Shown here piece after piece: positions 40,351 to 50,193 of a DNA stretch of 64,000 bases; position 1 is the first letter of the stretch, and each line of letters starts with the position of its first letter. Position numbers and translations under genes: made by a program. The notes below the pieces were generated by a model. It had not been told where the DNA came from. It made no database searches and saw only the letters and a program-made list of their open reading frames with translations. The stretch lies in IMG/VR virus record IMGVR_UViG_3300033153_008203, positions 64,001 through 128,000 of that record; one strand, written 5' to 3'. This stretch comes from a virus.

Positions 40351-42279
40351 TTAGATTAATGCGCTAAGCGACAATACTATAGTGATTTGTCTTAACTCGA
40401 ATGCAGGGACAAGCTTAAGTTCTATTGTTGCATCACCTTGTATCTGTTGTACAGGCGTAGATGTAACAGACAAAACAAATCCTTGTATGTATCCTTCTCT
40501 CTGAAGTGACCCTAGTCCAGCATCAACTGCAGTTTCAAGCGCTGCCCTTCTCTGAGCTGTGTTTGCTTCTCCAACGAATGGATCGGCTACTGCTCTTACA
40601 ACATCTATAGCATCTTTAACGATCCTCACTGTTGAAAGTCTAACGTAATCTGAACTCTGTCTTGCAGCAGTAGGAGCATCAGCAACAACGGTTCCCTTAG
40701 GTCTAAGAGCAAGCATTGTATACTTGGCGCCAGCAAGATTATCAAGCACAGTATTGTTTAAGCCATGTATTGCCCTTACAGAAGGGATTACCTTGTTAGT
40801 AGGTGCTGACTTAGACTCAAGAGACATAATCAGACCAGCATAGCTAGGTGCTCCGTTTGTGACATATCCGTTAACATTTGTTGTCCACTGGTTGGCAAGC
40901 CTTCCATAACTTGGAACAACTGATATGTATTTACCGATATCAACAAGCTCGTTATTCTGATCAGAGATTTCTGAACCACCTAAGTTTCCAGAATCAGTAG
41001 CAATAAAACCACCTTGTGCATCTCCACTTCTGTAGCCTGCTGATCCAGCCATAAACTTGTTTCCAAGAAGGCCTGATCCATTGTCTCCAGCATCATTTAT
41101 AAGTCTGCTTCCGTCATCTAGTACAGTATACGTTGGAAGTGATCCAACCCAAATTGCAATGTCTTTTGGACTAAAGCTTGTTGGAGGAAGCATTCCTATT
41201 GTACCTATACATTCATTGTTATTTACTGACAAGTTGAAACAAAAGTTTGCCAACTGATAACCAAAATTGACCTCAATAAAGCTGCTAGCAGTTAGAGTAT
41301 CTCCAGCTGCATTGGTTGTTGCTGATGCACTAGCTACAGATGGATAAATATTACACCCAGCATCAGTAGTAAACACATCTCCAAGATCACCCTGAGGATT
41401 AGATGGCAACCACCAGTAGAAATAATTCTCTCCTTGGTACTCTTCGATGTAAACTCTTCCAAGAACGTCCTTCTCACCATTTGTTACAGGATAGTCTGAA
41501 AGCGCAGCAAGACCAAGATCAGTTACGTCATCTGATGTCAAATCAACTATGTTTGTATCATCGACATATGCGTCCATAGGAATTACCATGTCGATTCTTT
41601 CGTTCTCAAGTGCCTTGTATGTATTATACAGATACTCGTAAAGCTTCATCCTTGATGGATCAGTACCGTCTGTTCCTGCTGTATATAGAGCTGTTATTCC
41701 AGAAAGAGCATCTACATCCTCAAGAGGAATTGCTCCTGTAGCAGAATCAGTACCTATTACTTCACCAAAAGTTCCGCCAAGAACAGAACCAGATACAATC
41801 ACATCAAGTGTATCTATTTCGCTTCCAGACTCATTACTATATACTAAAAAGTCATCAGAAGCTCGCCATACTTTAAGTAGGCCGGCATCACCGTTCTCAT
41901 TAAAATCAAAGTGAATGTTATATAGAGCTCCAGCAGTATTGTCTTTATCTGAAGTCTCTACGATATAGCCATAATCTCCAGTTGCTGCAAATGCTGTATT
42001 ACCAACACCTTCAAGCTTAGCTGAAGTAGCTCCCATCCTATATATTCTTACATTTGTTGCACCGCCATCTTTGACCTCATACAGTCCTCTTACAAGAGTT
42101 CCGCTAAGTCCAAATTGCGCTACTGTGTCAGCAGTTCTTACTACTCTAGTTAGTTGGTCTCCGGCGCCTTGTGCTGATGTTCCCAATACAACTGTATTAG
42201 GTGCAGTTTCAGGCGTAAATATATCTAGACCACCATCGATTTTCTCACTGAAAACCCCAGGTAAATTTTCGAAAGCCAT
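40351..42279 (-). CDS. Contractile tail sheath protein
   Basis: N-terminal LPGVF; C-terminal DYVRLSTVRIV...PFVGEAN...IELKLVPAFELRQITIVL sheath signature. Confidence 0.88.
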   Translation of the reverse strand: MAFENLPGVFSEKIDGGLDIFTPETAPNTVVLGTSAQGAGDQLTRVVRTADTVAQFGLSGTLVRGLYEVKDGGATNVRIYRMGATSAKLEGVGNTAFAATGDYGYIVETSDKDNTAGALYNIHFDFNENGDAGLLKVWRASDDFLVYSNESGSEIDTLDVIVSGSVLGGTFGEVIGTDSATGAIPLEDVDALSGITALYTAGTDGTDPSRMKLYEYLYNTYKALENERIDMVIPMDAYVDDTNIVDLTSDDVTDLGLAALSDYPVTNGEKDVLGRVYIEEYQGENYFYWWLPSNPQGDLGDVFTTDAGCNIYPSVASASATTNAAGDTLTASSFIEVNFGYQLANFCFNLSVNNNECIGTIGMLPPTSFSPKDIAIWVGSLPTYTVLDDGSRLINDAGDNGSGLLGNKFMAGSAGYRSGDAQGGFIATDSGNLGGSEISDQNNELVDIGKYISVVPSYGRLANQWTTNVNGYVTNGAPSYAGLIMSLESKSAPTNKVIPSVRAIHGLNNTVLDNLAGAKYTMLALRPKGTVVADAPTAARQSSDYVRLSTVRIVKDAIDVVRAVADPFVGEANTAQRRAALETAVDAGLGSLQREGYIQGFVLSVTSTPVQQIQGDATIELKLVPAFELRQITIVLSLSALI

Positions 42280-42294
42280 TATTTAAAGTCCTCC

Positions 42295-43002
42295 TTATTG
42301 GTTTATTAAGCTAAAATTTACTACTACTTGTTCAATCGCTTTTTCACTAACAACTGAGATTTCCTCAGTTCTTACAAAAAATTTAATCGATCTCCCAAAC
42401 ATTGTATACCCATCAGCTTCCACTGATGTTTCTTCTCCTCTTCCTAAATATAAAACACGTTGAACCCCAGAATACCTAAAAAACCAGAGATAGTTTGTCA
42501 TAAAGTTCTCAAACCATAATGCTCTATCATCTGCTTCTTTGTTGGTTCTTCCATAGCATTTAAACTCAACCATGTTATCGTACCAGTATCCAAACGTGAG
42601 TTTTTTATATCCTGGATTATCTTCGTCTTCTAGTTCTTCACGAAATATTGGCCTATAATTTTTTACAGCTCCTCCACCAAAAGGCTCATTCTGACTAAAA
42701 TCTCCTGGCTGTCGCTTCTTTAAACTATAAGTTATTATTTCATTTTTCATGCCCTTAAGACTATAGTCTCTTGTGAAATCGACTTTCATCTCATCGCTAA
42801 CGTCTCCGACGTTTTCTACATGATCAATTGCTTCTTTTACTAGAGTGTAGAATCCCTCTATATTTTTTGATACTCCGGGAGTTCTAGACGCTCCTGTTTG
42901 CCTTAGAGCAGCAGATGTCATGTTTGAAACAACATGATTCACAGTAACTCTAGCTTGCTCTTCTAATAGTGCAGGGTTTAAGTTTTCTAATAATTCTGTC
43001 AT
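42295..43002 (-). CDS. Tail terminator / neck protein
   Basis: Directly upstream of the sheath; 'VEFKCYGRTNKEADDRALWFENFM' resembles tail-completion proteins. Confidence 0.5.
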   Translation of the reverse strand: MTELLENLNPALLEEQARVTVNHVVSNMTSAALRQTGASRTPGVSKNIEGFYTLVKEAIDHVENVGDVSDEMKVDFTRDYSLKGMKNEIITYSLKKRQPGDFSQNEPFGGGAVKNYRPIFREELEDEDNPGYKKLTFGYWYDNMVEFKCYGRTNKEADDRALWFENFMTNYLWFFRYSGVQRVLYLGRGEETSVEADGYTMFGRSIKFFVRTEEISVVSEKAIEQVVVNFSLINQ

Positions 43003-43496
43003 TATTGTGGTCCCATATATCTTCTGTTCATTGGTGCTGCTACAACCCTATAGTAAGCAAGCTCACCATAGTCTTCTCTCAGCAAATCAACAGGAAGGAT
43101 ATTATAGATCTTTACTCTTTCTATTGGTGCAATAGTATTTCCATCATCATCAAACTTGACTGTTATAAGTTCGTCAAGACCAGATGGAGCTACATCATGA
43201 TTAAAGTAAACCACTAAATTGTCATCAGCACCAGGTCTATGCCAGTATGCCTTGACAAACTCTTCATCCCAATAATACTTAGACCCAAGACAGTAAGGAC
43301 AATATGTATCCTTATCAGCTTCATCAGTTATGTTGCTAACGCAAGCACATTTGATTGGGCTATTGTTTGAGTCAAGCCTAATTCTACGATAGATAATGTC
43401 TCTACCTTTAGGCGCTTCTACACCTGATCCAAACATAAACCTGTCCATTTCTGTTTGCAGATTTAAGTTTTTTTCAAATAAATCGAAAGCTCCCAT
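43002..43496 (-). CDS. Head closure / neck protein with Zn-finger insertion
   Basis: 164 aa; CAC...CPYCLG motif; head-tail joining position. Confidence 0.5.
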   Translation of the reverse strand: MGAFDLFEKNLNLQTEMDRFMFGSGVEAPKGRDIIYRRIRLDSNNSPIKCACVSNITDEADKDTYCPYCLGSKYYWDEEFVKAYWHRPGADDNLVVYFNHDVAPSGLDELITVKFDDDGNTIAPIERVKIYNILPVDLLREDYGELAYYRVVAAPMNRRYMGPQ

Positions 43497-44869
43497 TATG
43501 ATCTAGGCTCCCAAGTATTTTTCCACCTATAATAGTGTGCTTCTTTTGTATTAGCAGCAGGAACTGATCCACTTTGCTTTTCCCATACTCTCCCAATCAT
43601 TGGTCTATTAGGATCGTAAAGACCTTTAACTGCCATAGTAAAGTCTTTCTCGTTACCTCCATTCATAAGAAGAGGTTGCCACTTCTCTACGCAATCAGCA
43701 AGTCTATCTAGTATTCTTGGTAAATGTCCCGTATCATATTGGACTTCAAAGTCTCCAAGCTTCTTCTTAGATATTCCACCTTCCATAGATATTCCCTGTA
43801 AGAGTATCCCGGATGCTTCACATATCACAAAGTTTCTTTTTACCATATCAAAATATGCTTGATTGGTAATAGTCCCTGTATATGCCAGTACGTCAGCAAT
43901 TCTACTTGCTTCAAATATAGCAAGGTTAATTGTGTCATCTGGTATACCTGATAAGAATCCACCTATATCTAGTCTAATCCTTCTTGGCGTCACGTATAAA
44001 GGAGTATAAGTAGTTGTAAAATAAAAAGAATAGTCGCCGCTTATAACGTTCCCATTCTCGTCTTTTAAACTACCTCCTATAGTAACAGTTACCGCATTAT
44101 TTATAACCAAAGAATCTGTCATCGTTAATGTTACAGTTCCTCCTGTTACACTGCTAGTAAATGTTATTGTGCCAGCAGAAGGAATAGATGTATCACCATT
44201 AACAGACTCTGCGATAATTGATATTGCAGAATCAACAGTAGCATCATCAACGTTAACATTAAAATCTAATATTATTGTATCTGTTGCTATATCAAGGTTG
44301 GTTGCTCTATTAGCAGGTATGCTGCTCAGCAGCTTAAATGGGTCAGATACAACAGACGATACTGCTGGTGGTACAGACACTGCAGTTGAAGATACAGTAG
44401 GGACTTCAGATACACTTCCACTACCAGTTGTAAATTTCCATATATATGTTCCTACTAGAACTGTGGAATCTACCGCTGCTATAGGCGGAACTATATTGTC
44501 GTCTAAACCTTCATCTCCTGCAAGATATATGACATATTCTGTGTTGGGTGCAAATGGAGCAGTAGGGGTGAATGTGGCTTTTGTGCCATACTCTCCTCCT
44601 CCAAGATCTTCTTGTGAAAAAGAAACAACTCCACTTATATATTCATCTCCACCGAAGTCAAGAAGAACATTTTCAGGAGATGTATTCTCTATTACTCTTA
44701 TACCAGGGGTAGACCAGGCAGAATCGTCTGGTCCAGATACCATGAATGTGGATGTAGTAATCGTTGCTTCATCCATTAATTGGTTGAAAACAACTGATAT
44801 CTGAGTTTGAAGCGGAAGCCCTAAAGAAGCATCTAATGGATTAACTGATTCTATTTCTACTATAGCCAT
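43496..44869 (-). CDS. Head-tail adaptor with two N-terminal Ig-like (Big_5-type) domains
   Basis: Two Big_5-like domains (ISVVFNQLMD...TFTPTAPFAPNTEY...WKFTT; IILDFNVNVD...SLKDENGN...FYFTT). C-terminal adaptor-like region (YVTPRRIR...IPDDTI...KKKLGDFEVQY). Confidence 0.65.
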   Translation of the reverse strand: MAIVEIESVNPLDASLGLPLQTQISVVFNQLMDEATITTSTFMVSGPDDSAWSTPGIRVIENTSPENVLLDFGGDEYISGVVSFSQEDLGGGEYGTKATFTPTAPFAPNTEYVIYLAGDEGLDDNIVPPIAAVDSTVLVGTYIWKFTTGSGSVSEVPTVSSTAVSVPPAVSSVVSDPFKLLSSIPANRATNLDIATDTIILDFNVNVDDATVDSAISIIAESVNGDTSIPSAGTITFTSSVTGGTVTLTMTDSLVINNAVTVTIGGSLKDENGNVISGDYSFYFTTTYTPLYVTPRRIRLDIGGFLSGIPDDTINLAIFEASRIADVLAYTGTITNQAYFDMVKRNFVICEASGILLQGISMEGGISKKKLGDFEVQYDTGHLPRILDRLADCVEKWQPLLMNGGNEKDFTMAVKGLYDPNRPMIGRVWEKQSGSVPAANTKEAHYYRWKNTWEPRS

Positions 44870-44883
44870 TCTTTAGCCGTCCT

Positions 44884-45384
44884 TTAAACTACATTTATCT
44901 CTACTTTTTCGCTGTCTTCGATATCGTCAACAACGAGCGATACTCCTCCTGTATTTTCTAACGCTTCTTTGACAGCTTTAATAACACTTTTTCTATTTAG
45001 CTTACTTTCTTCTACAGTTAGCATAGACTCAAGTTTTCTAAAACCAACATTTTTTCCTTGCTTTTTACACCATGCAACTATAGTTTTAGCGCTACCTTTA
45101 AGTTGTAGCTCTGCACTTTTCAAGATTCTGTCTAACTCTTTGTTTTTAGCAGAGGCATCATTAGAACTAATGTTAGTCTTACTGTCTGTTTCTACGTTAG
45201 TAACAGGTGTATCACCAGACTCTGTTTTAATCAATATTCTACGATTAATTGCATTTTGCAATACCGTTTTGTCTTCTTGACTAAGTGACTCTACATCAAT
45301 CTCTTTAGGACCTGGGTCTTGAAAAGAAAAATGAATATCCTTGTGATACCAAAGTGTGGCTCTCTCTGAAAGCTGTAAATACAT
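44884..45384 (-). CDS. Hypothetical protein after the major capsid protein
   Basis: Track ORF runs to 45432, but the GGAGG SD places the start at MYLQLS (45384), downstream of the hairpin. Confidence 0.55.
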   Translation of the reverse strand: MYLQLSERATLWYHKDIHFSFQDPGPKEIDVESLSQEDKTVLQNAINRRILIKTESGDTPVTNVETDSKTNISSNDASAKNKELDRILKSAELQLKGSAKTIVAWCKKQGKNVGFRKLESMLTVEESKLNRKSVIKAVKEALENTGGVSLVVDDIEDSEKVEINVV

Positions 45385-45400
45385 ATTATTATCCTCCATG

Positions 45401-45440
45401 ATTAAAGTGGTATAGTGGGCCCGAAGACCCACTAACCACT
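45401..45440 (-). terminator. Hairpin after the major capsid gene (terminator or mRNA stabiliser)
   Basis: Minus strand AGTGGTTAGTGGGTC-TTCG-GGCCCACTATACCACT then TTAAT; cUUCGg tetraloop; short U tract. Confidence 0.65.
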
Positions 45441-45473
45441 AGTATATCATAGACTATGTTTTACTAAACCCTC

Positions 45474-46709
45474 TTAGAGAGTTATAGCAGTGTCTCTTGC
45501 AAGCTCACCGATGCTTCCACTTACAGAGATTTGGCTCTGAGCAGGAAGTACGATCTCATTAGGTACAACCCTAATGTTCCTCATTACACCAATTGCCTGT
45601 CCTTCGTTAAGGATAGCCATGCCATACCTTTCACGAAGCTTGATCTTCCTGATATCAACAGAAGGATCATTAAACTCTTCTGTAGTAATATCTTCGTCAA
45701 CTACAAGCACACCAAGCTCGGTAGAATCAAACATCATAATGTTTGTAAGCTTGTTCTTTGGATCATAATGAACGAATGGAGAAACAATTATCCTCATAGG
45801 TACATTGAAGTACGTAGGAAGAGTAGGTGCAGAGTTAATATTCTGCGGATACGCATTAAGCGGATCAGCTGATTCACCAGCAAGATTACCACCAGGCATA
45901 ATGTTTTGGCCTGGGCTAACTCCAAGAGGATCAGTCCAGTTTGCTTTACCAGAAGGATTACCATTCCAAGTAGCGAAATAAGTACCGCCACCTGAAGCTA
46001 GAGCGAAAGCCCTAAGAGTAGGATCCTTGATAAACATTACCCACGTGAGTGGATGCATAAGCAGAGTGTTTGGGGTGAAACCTTGAGTTATGAGCTGGCC
46101 ATAAGCATCAAAGATATCATCCATTGTGATAGAACCGTTTCCAGAACCATCAAGAGACCTACCTGATACAGTACCGAAGATAGAGTCTGTAGGATTAAGG
46201 TTGTCGTGAGTTGTTACACCCATGCTGTTGATATAGTTAAATATCTTGACTTCCTTATGCCTTGCGAGAGCTCTACCGGCTTCCCTCAGATGCATACCAA
46301 TTACGTCGAACTGGCTGTACCTGATCATTTCGTCAGTTACCTGAACTGCGAGACCGGACTTACCAACGGTAGCCGTTACAGTGGCTCCTTCCCTTGCTAA
46401 CCCTCTGATTGGGTATTCTTGACCTTCTGCGATATCAGCTGCTACCATTCCGCCAACGGCAGGGAATGTGATCGTTTGACCATAAGAGTAGTTGACACGT
46501 TGAAGTAAAGAAGTACCTACCAAAAGAGGTTCAGCAGCTTCCTTAACGATATTGCTGATGACCTTAGGAAGCAGGGTAGCTGCGTTTGGAGTTGACAGAG
46601 CATCTGTCATACTTACAGTTTTACCTGCTTGATCTCCAAAAGCACAACCGTTATTCTTCCAGAGCCATTGGTAACCGCTCAGGTCTTCTATGTTGAACTT
46701 TTTTGCCAT
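45474..46709 (-). CDS. Major capsid protein (HK97 fold)
   Basis: 411 aa after the protease and decoration genes. LLPKVISNIVKEAAEP, DIAEGQEYP, KSGLAVQVTDEMIRYSQFDVI...AGRALARHKE, IKLRERYG. Followed by a hairpin. Confidence 0.9.
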   Translation of the reverse strand: MAKKFNIEDLSGYQWLWKNNGCAFGDQAGKTVSMTDALSTPNAATLLPKVISNIVKEAAEPLLVGTSLLQRVNYSYGQTITFPAVGGMVAADIAEGQEYPIRGLAREGATVTATVGKSGLAVQVTDEMIRYSQFDVIGMHLREAGRALARHKEVKIFNYINSMGVTTHDNLNPTDSIFGTVSGRSLDGSGNGSITMDDIFDAYGQLITQGFTPNTLLMHPLTWVMFIKDPTLRAFALASGGGTYFATWNGNPSGKANWTDPLGVSPGQNIMPGGNLAGESADPLNAYPQNINSAPTLPTYFNVPMRIIVSPFVHYDPKNKLTNIMMFDSTELGVLVVDEDITTEEFNDPSVDIRKIKLRERYGMAILNEGQAIGVMRNIRVVPNEIVLPAQSQISVSGSIGELARDTAITL

Positions 46710-46736
46710 TATTACTTTCCTCCTTTTTCTATTTTA

Positions 46737-47897
46737 TTATCTGTTTATAAGGTTGATTCTAACAACTGCATTAGCAGCACCAGAATAACTAATGTTAGCT
46801 GGGACACCGCCATTGGCAGAACCAGGCATTTGCTGCTCTACACCAAGACCTGCATAAGCTGTCCTGACTTTCTCAAGAGCATCTTTAGGGAATCTAGTAT
46901 CAACAGCCAGAATTTGACCAAGACACAGAGACCATACATCAGTTCCTTCTACCCACAAAGTGAGGTTAGAGTTTGCATCAGCTTTAACAAAATCACCTGG
47001 TGAAAGAATACCATTTGCACATGCATAGTTATTTGTGCTATTAGCAGTACCAGCATAGTGGTAGTATGCGATAGTATAGTCGGTATCGCCAGGTGCACCA
47101 GTTGCATACACAGAGCATATGCCAGTGTCGTAATCCATGAAGTAGTCGCCAGATGATATAATGTCATCAATGGTAGCAACCTCATTTACAAACCTTGTTG
47201 CAACATCAGCAGGAGCACCAACGCCTTCAGCGAAGACAAATGGGGTCCTAGTTGTATTCTTGGCAACCGGAAGATTGTCAATAGCAATAAAACTATAAAC
47301 ATTCTTTGAACCGTACTGAGAAGCATTATCAAGTGCCTCAGCAGTTTGAGCTGCAGGAACATAAGGAAGTTCAACATAGAAGTCACAAAGGACTGCTACT
47401 TGATGCTGAAGATTATGATTATGTTTCCTGTATTGAGATGGATTAAAACCATCACCACCGGCCCACTGCCAGTAGTTGTAAGGTGCAAATCCGATAGGTG
47501 CAGAAACCTGACCAACCTCAGTGTCACCCATATCAAGACCTCTACCCATGAAGTCAGAAACGGTAGATACTGCGAAAGTAGCAGCTGCTGCTAAAGCAGT
47601 ACCAGTTCTAACATCAATTGTGCCTGCTGCAACATCGTCATCTGTGTATACAATGTTGTTTGTTTCTGTCCTGTATTGTGCAGGAACTACATTGCCATCA
47701 GCATCGAGAGCAACTGCTTTACCTGCTGATACAACGAACCACTCTTCGTAGTACTTATCAAACCTTAGAACAGGAAGCCAAGCCGCTGGCTTAAGCTCTT
47801 CTGCTGGACGGATACCTTCAGATATCTCGAAATCAGGTGTAATAGAACCTACGTGATCCCACTGCTTGTGGTTTCCTACGTATTGATTAAGTGCCAT
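46737..47897 (-). CDS. Capsid decoration / minor capsid protein
   Basis: 386 aa between the scaffold/protease and the MCP; 'GILSPGDFVKADANSN...LGQIL' beta-tulip-like pattern; strong SD. Confidence 0.6.
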   Translation of the reverse strand: MALNQYVGNHKQWDHVGSITPDFEISEGIRPAEELKPAAWLPVLRFDKYYEEWFVVSAGKAVALDADGNVVPAQYRTETNNIVYTDDDVAAGTIDVRTGTALAAAATFAVSTVSDFMGRGLDMGDTEVGQVSAPIGFAPYNYWQWAGGDGFNPSQYRKHNHNLQHQVAVLCDFYVELPYVPAAQTAEALDNASQYGSKNVYSFIAIDNLPVAKNTTRTPFVFAEGVGAPADVATRFVNEVATIDDIISSGDYFMDYDTGICSVYATGAPGDTDYTIAYYHYAGTANSTNNYACANGILSPGDFVKADANSNLTLWVEGTDVWSLCLGQILAVDTRFPKDALEKVRTAYAGLGVEQQMPGSANGGVPANISYSGAANAVVRINLINR

Positions 47898-47921
47898 TAT
47901 TTTTTTTCCTCCTTTAAATGT

Positions 47922-50114
47922 TTACTTGTTAAGTGCGTCTAAGCTAGCTGGTATTAGCTTCTTAGTTCTGCACTCATCTAAATATTTAGTAGCAGCTACT
48001 CCACCTTTTGCAAAAAGAATTGCGGTATAAGTATCTCCTACTGTTTTGATTGTTTCTGCATCATAGCTATCTTCGCCAGCTTGCAGAGACGGATCTCCTA
48101 CTGTGCCTTCTGGGTTATTTGATGTTCCGTCATTAACCTTTTTAGCAATTTTAGAGAAATCTACTCCATCTGTTATACTATTAAACTGATCAGATAACTC
48201 AGAAGCTGTTTTTTTCTTTAAGTCTTCAACTTTTATTTCCTCTTCCCCTTTTAGTGCAGCAACATCAGAGATTACCTGAGACATTGACGTACTATAAGTG
48301 TCTAGAAGATCAGCATAGAGACAGTTAACTTCCTCTGTGTCCTTAAAGGCTTCTTTAAGCTCATTCCTTACTGCTGAAAGTTGATCGCTTGACTTAATAA
48401 CTTTGTCCTCAAGCTCAGCAATAGATGTCTCACTTGCATCACAGCTCAAGCAATCGTCTACAAGCTCCCTCTCTTTCATTGCAACTAGAACTTTGTCGCT
48501 AAGAGCTTTGAGCTCTTCGTCAGACATATCAGCTATATCTGCAGCCTTTGTTGCTACTGGTTGCTTTTGATCACAAGCATAGACCTTCTCTTTCTTGTCT
48601 AGAGTCTTGTTGATTGCTTCTTTCAACTCATCAGACATGGTAGAGTCTGCGACATACTTTTTAGCTGCTCTGACATAGTCAAGATTAGGAACAGGAATGA
48701 ATCCTTTAATTCCTTCTACCTTCTTATCAGCAGGCACGCAAAAAGACATCTTAGGCAAAGTCTTTCTTTTTTCTGGTGAGATTTTAGAATCACCAAGCTC
48801 AAGCTCGTCCATCACTTCTTCTACAGCATTGAATACTACAACTGGATCTAGAACCTGAATATCATCAACTGCATCGTTGGTGTCGTCTTCAGTGCTCTTG
48901 AACTTGCTTTCGATATCCTCTATTAGACCAAGTCTAGAATCCTTCTCTTCGTCTTTGAGTTTAGCGAGAGCTTCTTCGTCAGCATCAACAACACTTGTGA
49001 TGAAGTCAACTAGTGCAACAACAGCAGCATCAAAATCCTCTTCTGTTGTATCACCAAGTTTTTCGTCTCCTATAACTGATAGCTGAGTAGTAGCAGCAAA
49101 TTCAACGTACTCTTTGTTGATGCCTTCATTGGCAGCAACTATACGCTCAACACTTGCAATAACTATACTTTCGATATCAGCCTTAGAAGAGTCTTTAACT
49201 AACTTCTTCTCCATCGGCTTTGTTTCCTCCTTTTTATTGTCTTTTATTTTGAATGCGGCCTGCACCGTTTCATCCAAAACGTTAAATTTCTTATCATCTT
49301 TTTCAAGATACATATCGAGTATAATCGGCTTAACCGAACTCTTATGATCTTCACAGGCAACAGATTGTGTATGCATTGTATTACCGTCTGCACTAGAGAT
49401 CTCTATTACTTTTGCATGAGGATCTGCTGGTGTAGATACAAATGATACTTCGTCATAAAACAGGTTTCCCGCGATTATAAAGGCTTGCTTGCCATCATAC
49501 TCGTGTCCTGGGACATGATCGCACATTTCTCCACTATCTGTCCAATCTGTCTTACAAATAGAACAAACAGCAGCATCAGTTTCTGCTCCAATTGAAACAG
49601 TTAAATACCTGTTGTCTAATATTTTTTCTTTAGCTTCGCTATCAGTAATTGCAGCTATAATTTCTATGTATCCTACACCTTCATATGATGGGTCATCAAG
49701 TAATCCATCACTGATAAGCCTATCAATAAGAGCAACTTTTGTCTCAAATTGAACATGTGGATCCATGAAGTCTTTTAGGTAGCTGTCTTTTTTAGCTAAA
49801 CCTGTAGATGTATCCATGTATGCTGCGTGCTTGATTCTTCCTACTGGGTCTCCATCATGAGAATTATGATGAAGTAAAACTGGTTTTCCGTAATTCTGAA
49901 CAAAAGATAGTGCGCCTGTTCTCATCTTATCTGGCATATAGAAGCCATTGTTTCTAGTTATAATTCCAGCATGTGTTGCTGCAATCTTTACCATTAATGG
50001 AGCGCTATTTGCAGTATAGATCGAGTCTACGAAAAACTGTTTGTTTGCCGCAGGAACGTCTACTGGTGTTATAGTGAGCGAATCACTAAGTTTTACTTTA
50101 AATTTTTTGCTCAT
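47922..50114 (-). CDS. Prohead protease fused to a scaffold-like coiled coil
   Basis: ATHAG..N...Y, KPVLLHH...DPVGRI, YLTVSIG...CSIC...CDH.PG..YDG and YDEVSFVSTPAD are prohead-protease motifs. Acidic helical C-terminal half. Confidence 0.82.
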   Translation of the reverse strand: MSKKFKVKLSDSLTITPVDVPAANKQFFVDSIYTANSAPLMVKIAATHAGIITRNNGFYMPDKMRTGALSFVQNYGKPVLLHHNSHDGDPVGRIKHAAYMDTSTGLAKKDSYLKDFMDPHVQFETKVALIDRLISDGLLDDPSYEGVGYIEIIAAITDSEAKEKILDNRYLTVSIGAETDAAVCSICKTDWTDSGEMCDHVPGHEYDGKQAFIIAGNLFYDEVSFVSTPADPHAKVIEISSADGNTMHTQSVACEDHKSSVKPIILDMYLEKDDKKFNVLDETVQAAFKIKDNKKEETKPMEKKLVKDSSKADIESIVIASVERIVAANEGINKEYVEFAATTQLSVIGDEKLGDTTEEDFDAAVVALVDFITSVVDADEEALAKLKDEEKDSRLGLIEDIESKFKSTEDDTNDAVDDIQVLDPVVVFNAVEEVMDELELGDSKISPEKRKTLPKMSFCVPADKKVEGIKGFIPVPNLDYVRAAKKYVADSTMSDELKEAINKTLDKKEKVYACDQKQPVATKAADIADMSDEELKALSDKVLVAMKERELVDDCLSCDASETSIAELEDKVIKSSDQLSAVRNELKEAFKDTEEVNCLYADLLDTYSTSMSQVISDVAALKGEEEIKVEDLKKKTASELSDQFNSITDGVDFSKIAKKVNDGTSNNPEGTVGDPSLQAGEDSYDAETIKTVGDTYTAILFAKGGVAATKYLDECRTKKLIPASLDALNK

Positions 50115-50193
50115 ATTTTCTCCTATAATAAGGCAACAGTTCAGCCTTCATATGTAATATAAACCATCAACAGTGTAAAAATGCTAAAAAAAA

